Shown here: piece by piece, positions 61,229 to 64,000 of the stretch
Layout: every line of letters starts with the position of its first letter
How positions within the stretch are numbered: the first letter of the stretch is position 1
Origin: Alphaproteobacteria bacterium
GTDB lineage: Bacteria > Pseudomonadota > Alphaproteobacteria > UBA828
Assembly: GCA_965214705.1 (NCBI GenBank)
Contig: OZ243972.1
Coordinates: 2,656,001-2,720,000 of the forward strand
Direction: 5' to 3'
Length of the DNA stretch: 64,000 nt
Made by a program: the position numbers and the translations under genes
Notes under the pieces: generated by a model
Database searches by the model: none
The model's input: only the letters and a program-made list of their open reading frames with translations
What the model was told of the DNA's origin: nothing

Positions 61229-64000
61229 TAGTGCCGACACGCGCTCCCCGGTCGCGGCCTCCAGGCGGTCGCACAGCGCCTTCGCGTCGTCCGTCACCAG
61301 CTCCGTCCGGTGCCTCGCACGGCTGATCTCCACGTAGAAGCTCTTCTGTGTGGTCAGGTGGGGGTGATTGGCCTCCATCACCGCGATCACGTTGTCCACC
61401 GTGCGACCCTGGAACGCATGCACCGTCGATGCCCAGGCATGATCGAGATGGCGCAGCTGCGGGTCGTGGCGACCCAGCTCCAGCTTGCAGCCGTCCTCAA
61501 GCAGGAACGAGACCCGGTCGCCCCGCACCGCCGTCACCTCGGCCGCGTGGCTGTTCACCAGCCCGAGCGTGGCATCGTTGCGGGTCCAGCGGATGCGGTC
61601 GCCCGCCCGAAGTTCTATCGGCTCGCTCCGGTATACCTCCACCGCGCCGCGGCTCGCTCCTACCTGGCGCGGGCGCCAGGGCACAGCCTCGCCGTCCGCG
61701 CCTTCCAGCATGACAATGCCGCGCGCACCGTCGACCTCGCGCACCCGGCGCTCCTCGCCTTTCTCCACGCCGAGGCTCTTGTAGGCCCGGTGGAAGGCCA
61801 CCACGTCGCCCTGCGCGTAGTTGGCGGCCTGCATCTTTTCGGCCGCGGTGCAGCCGCGCGACACCAGCCGCTCGCCCTCCAGGGCCGAGCCGTGGATGAC
61901 GCCGTCACGGGCGAGGCGCTCGCGGATGTGCCCGTTGACCGTCTGGCGCAGCTCATGGCTCGGCGCCATCAGTCCGGTGTTCTCCCGCTCCTCAAGCGAG
62001 AGCTTCAACCATCGAGCGGCCGCAGCACCGGCGAGATTGTCGGGCTTCACCTCCGCGACACGGTCGCCTAGCCTGTCGAACGCGGCACGGACGTCGCCCG
62101 CCAGGCTGGCCCGCACCGCCTCCTTCAGCGCCGGGTCCTTCTGCCGCAGGATATCGTCCATCACCACGGTCTTCATGCCCGCTTGCTGAAGCTGCGCGAA
62201 GGGCTTGCCCGCATCCACGGCGTCGAGCTGCTTCTCGTCGCCCACCAGCACCACCCTCGGGATCCTGAGCCTGTCGGCGATCCGCAGCAGGTCACGGGCC
62301 TGGACGGTGGATGCCAGAGAGCCCTCGTCCACCACCAGCACCGTCTTGCGGAAGGCGGCCCGCATCTCGCGCTCGCCCCTGGCCGTCAGCCGCCCCTCGG
62401 CCACGCCTGCGTTGCGCGCCAGGAACCGCTGCAGGGTCTCGCTCCGGATGCCGGCCTCTGCTGCCAGCGTCGCCGTCGCAGACGCCGAGGGCGCCAGGCC
62501 GATCATCCGGTAGCCGCTCTTCTCCGCGAGCGAACGCGCGCGGTCCAGCATCGCGGTCTTGCCGGTGCCGGCATAACCCTGCACGCCCACCACCCGGTCC
62601 TTCGAGGAGAGGATCGCGGTGACCGCGTCTTTCTGACCCTCGGTCAGGCGGCCATTGTGCAGCAGCGGCTTCGCCATCCAGCGCCGCATCACGGGCTTCG
62701 ACCTGCCTTGCCCGCGCTGCATGAGCGCGACGGTCTCGGTCTCGTCGATGAGGGCCTTCTCGGTGGTGAGCGCGTCGCCCAGCACGGGCGTCCTCGCGGC
62801 ATGCAGAGTGCCCGCTTGCTCCAACCGCTGCACCGCTCCCTCGGCCTCGCCGATGGTGACCTTGCCGGGGCTCCAGGCAAGCGTGGCGGTGAGCAGGTCG
62901 GTGCGGGCGAACACGGCCTCGCGTTCCGAGAGGTGTGCCACCGCCCAGGCGGCGGCGCGGTCCGCATCGCTTGTCCTGCCGGGCTCCGCCTCACGGTTGT
63001 AGCCGGTAGAAGGTAGGGAGCGCGCCCGATGCGCCGCCTGCCGGTGCCGGGCCTCGTTCACGAGGTCCCGTGCGTCGAAGCCCAATTCCGAGGCCTGCCT
63101 CTGCCAGGTCTCCCGCAGCGCCTCCTTGTCTACGTCGCGCTTGTGCGAGCGGGTCATCAGCGCCGCGCGCTCGGCGACCCGCTGGTTGCTTGCAGGATCG
63201 CCCAGACCCTGCGCCTCCATCGCCGCCTCACGCGCCGCATCTCCGCTCGGCGCGTGGAGAAGGCCTCGACGACCTTGCGCGAAACCCCCGCAATCTCGAA
63301 GCGCCCGTCGGCATGGGTCTTCTCGACCGCGTAGCCCAGATCCTTCAGCCCGCGCGCCAGCTCGGCCCGGTAAACTGCGCCGATCAGCATCTTGGACGCA
63401 TAGAGCTTCTCGTTCGCCATCGTGCGCCACTTGCCGGACCGGGGCGCTCCCCTTTCGCCGCCCTGCACCATGTTGGCGATCACCGCGTGCGTATGCAGCT
63501 GTGGGTCCAGGTTGCGGGACGTGTCGTGCCGGAACGTGGCTGCCACGATCGACTGATCGCCGGCGCGCACCATGCGCCCGAGCTCGGGGTCCATCATCCT
63601 GGTCTCGGCCGCGTTGGCCTCGATCCAGGCCAGTGCCTTGCGCACGGCAGCGTCATGGGCACCGACGATGCGCTCGTCGCCGCCGACCAGCGCGGCAAGG
63701 GAGACGGACTTGGGGGCCGAGAAGGCGAGGTCCCTGCCGGGACGGTGGTCGATCTCGCCCTCCCTGTTCCTGCGGCCCAGGCGTAAGCCTGAGCCGTCGG
63801 GGACTTCGCCGGCGAGGACGTCGATGAAGATGTCCGGGTCGACGGAACCCTCCAGGCCCAGCGCCTCCGCTCCCTTGCCGAACCAGGCGCTGGCCTGCCG
63901 GTGCGCGGGATCGTCCTTCGCGTAGTATCCGTCGCGTTCGTAATAGGAGACGCCCTGGGAGGGCGAGGCAACTGCGCCGATCGAGACCACCATCAGTAGA

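Larger units (their letters stand above)
58624..63993 (-). pseudogene. MOBF (TrwC/TraI-like) relaxase-helicase, frameshifted and IS-interrupted
   Basis: SYYERDGYY, FSAPKSVS and HDTSRNLDPQLHTH; helicase motifs QGYAGTGKT, VVDE, GDEKQL and STVHAFQGRT; frame change near 63235; IS at 59069-61228. Confidence 0.92.
29950..64000. mobile_element. Integrated conjugative/mobilisable genomic island (continues beyond window; left end approximate)
   Basis: AT-rich break at ~30.0-30.2 kb, then ssb, toprim, DUF2493, RHH, relaxase, integrases, RIT, IS and defence genes with no housekeeping genes. Confidence 0.75.

Overview
High-GC, probably alphaproteobacterial chromosomal DNA (inferred from the bamD-recN-ligA order and protein types), in two parts. 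1-29.9 kb is mostly core and catabolic: a Phd-VapC toxin-antitoxin pair sitting inside a LivK/LivH-type ABC operon, amidase plus fused hydantoinase/oxoprolinase, sdaA, rmuC, serA, serC, PhzF, a SEL1 protein, bamD-recN-ligA-lipB, an SMR transporter, an orphan toluene-monooxygenase-type beta subunit heading a thiolase/crotonase/ACAD/FAH operon, cobB and two hydrolases. From ~30 kb to the end is a nested mobile/defence island: a conjugative leading-region-like gene set (HU, tandem zinc-finger protein, ssb, toprim, DUF2493/SLOG), a recombinase-in-trio (RIT) element with 92-bp inverted repeats inserted in the DUF2493 gene, a candidate MOBF oriT plus RHH gene, a four-gene Wadjet (type III-like) system, twin arm-type tyrosine integrases, a Vsr/m5C-MTase/REase module, and a TrwC-like relaxase broken by a frameshift and an IS1634. 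The most striking observation is that the twin-integrase + RM block (~6.4 kb) is bounded by two direct copies of ATGCGTGGGGTGTGA, which contains the F-plasmid-type nic core TGCGTGGGGTGT^G, each preceded by a short hairpin. This suggests a cassette moved by relaxase nic-to-nic recombination or an element that integrates into oriT. All family calls come from motif recognition by eye; no database searches were run.
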